Assembly (NCBI GenBank): GCA_951406725.2
Contig: OX597833.1
Coordinates: 55,490,001-55,554,000 of the forward strand
Direction: 5' to 3'
Length of the DNA: 64,000 nucleotides
Source: Octopus vulgaris
Taxonomy: Eukaryota
Part shown: positions 63,230-64,000 of the stretch, piece by piece
Numbering within the stretch: position 1 is the first letter of the stretch
Layout of the letters: each line of letters begins with the position of its first letter
Position numbers and translations under genes: made by a program
Notes under the pieces: generated by a model
Database searches by the model: none
What the model was told of the DNA's origin: nothing
The model's input: the letters and a program-made list of their open reading frames with translations, nothing else

Positions 63230-63455
63230 TAACTTGGCAGAAGCGTTAGCACGCCGGGCGAAATGCTTTGCAGTATTTCGTCTGCCGTTACGTTCTGAGT
63301 TCAAATTCCGCCGAAGTCGACTTTGCCTTTCATCCTTTCGGGGTCGATAAATTAAGCACCAGTTACGCACTGGGGTCGATGTAATCGACTTAATACCTAT
63401 GTCTGTCCTTGTTTGTCCCCGCTATGTTTAGCCTCTTGTGGGTAATAAAGAAATA
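63230..63455 (+). mobile_element. SINE family B
   Basis: Match to 46063-46295. Confidence 0.8.
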
Positions 63456-63554
63456 GATATGAAAGTTAAAAATATAAATGATCATTTTATAACAGTATTT
63501 TTTCCGGGTTAGTGACCTAACCCGCCGGTTGTTTTCCTTCTGGTAATTATTTCC

Positions 63555-63745
63555 AGGAACCCAACCTAGACCCCCATATCTACGGCGTTCGCCGCTGGAA
63601 TAAGGAGTGGTTGGAGATCACGTGGTCGTTAGCCTTGAATCGCCAGGCCTGGTCGGCGTTTGTGAGAGATGCAGCATTGAGGATGAATGAAGCCAGCTCA
63701 ACCCACCCCGGGTGAATGCCGTAAGAAGAAGAAGGAGAAGAAGAA
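63555..63745 (+). mobile_element. 3' fragment of an RTE-like LINE
   Basis: YGVRRWNKEWLEITWSLALNRQAWSAFVRDAALRMNEASSTHPG*, then a (GAA)n tail. Confidence 0.55.
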
Positions 63746-63754
63746 CTGTTCACA

Positions 63755-64000
63755 TTGCCGAGGTCGACTTTATTTTTCATCCTTTCGGGGTCGATTAAAT
63801 AAGTACCAGTTACGCATTGGGATCGATATAATCGACTTAATCCGTTTGTCTGTCCTTGTTTGTCCCCTCTGTGTTTAGCCCCTTGTGGGTAGTAAAGAAA
63901 TAAGTACTTCGTCTGTTACTACGTTCTGAGTTCAAATTCCGCCGAGGTCGACTTTGCTTTTCATCCTGTCGGGGTCGATTAAATCAGTACCAGTTATGCA
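63755..64000 (+). mobile_element. SINE family B, dimeric, running off the window end
   Basis: Match to 45260-45510. Confidence 0.75.

Overview
AT-rich, microsatellite- and SINE-dense eukaryotic genomic DNA; the repeat landscape looks like an octopus (inference). 1-30.6 kb holds the 3' end of a spliced + strand gene. Five phase-consistent coding exons (31-189, 14397-14520, 17050-17904, 19631-20659, 28080-28114) give 733 aa, followed by a ~2.5 kb 3' UTR. The first exon resembles the C-terminal helical region of NUGGC/SLIP-GC dynamin-like GTPases. It is followed by a ~640 aa polyQ/Pro-rich tail with four IKxE SUMO-type motifs. 50-62.5 kb holds three tandem, single-ORF, - strand paralogues of an unrecognised four-TM membrane protein, with conserved upstream blocks. 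The rest is transposon-derived: several tRNA-type SINE families, non-autonomous Helitrons, an 8-bp-TSD MITE, and Tc1, CR1-like, L1/Tx1-like and RTE relics, plus minisatellites seeded inside elements. There are also many short Penelope-type fragments with fold-back inversions and minimal type I hammerhead ribozyme motifs, including a family joining a tRNA-like Pol III head to a hammerhead. All calls are by eye; no searches were run, and repeat boundaries are approximate.
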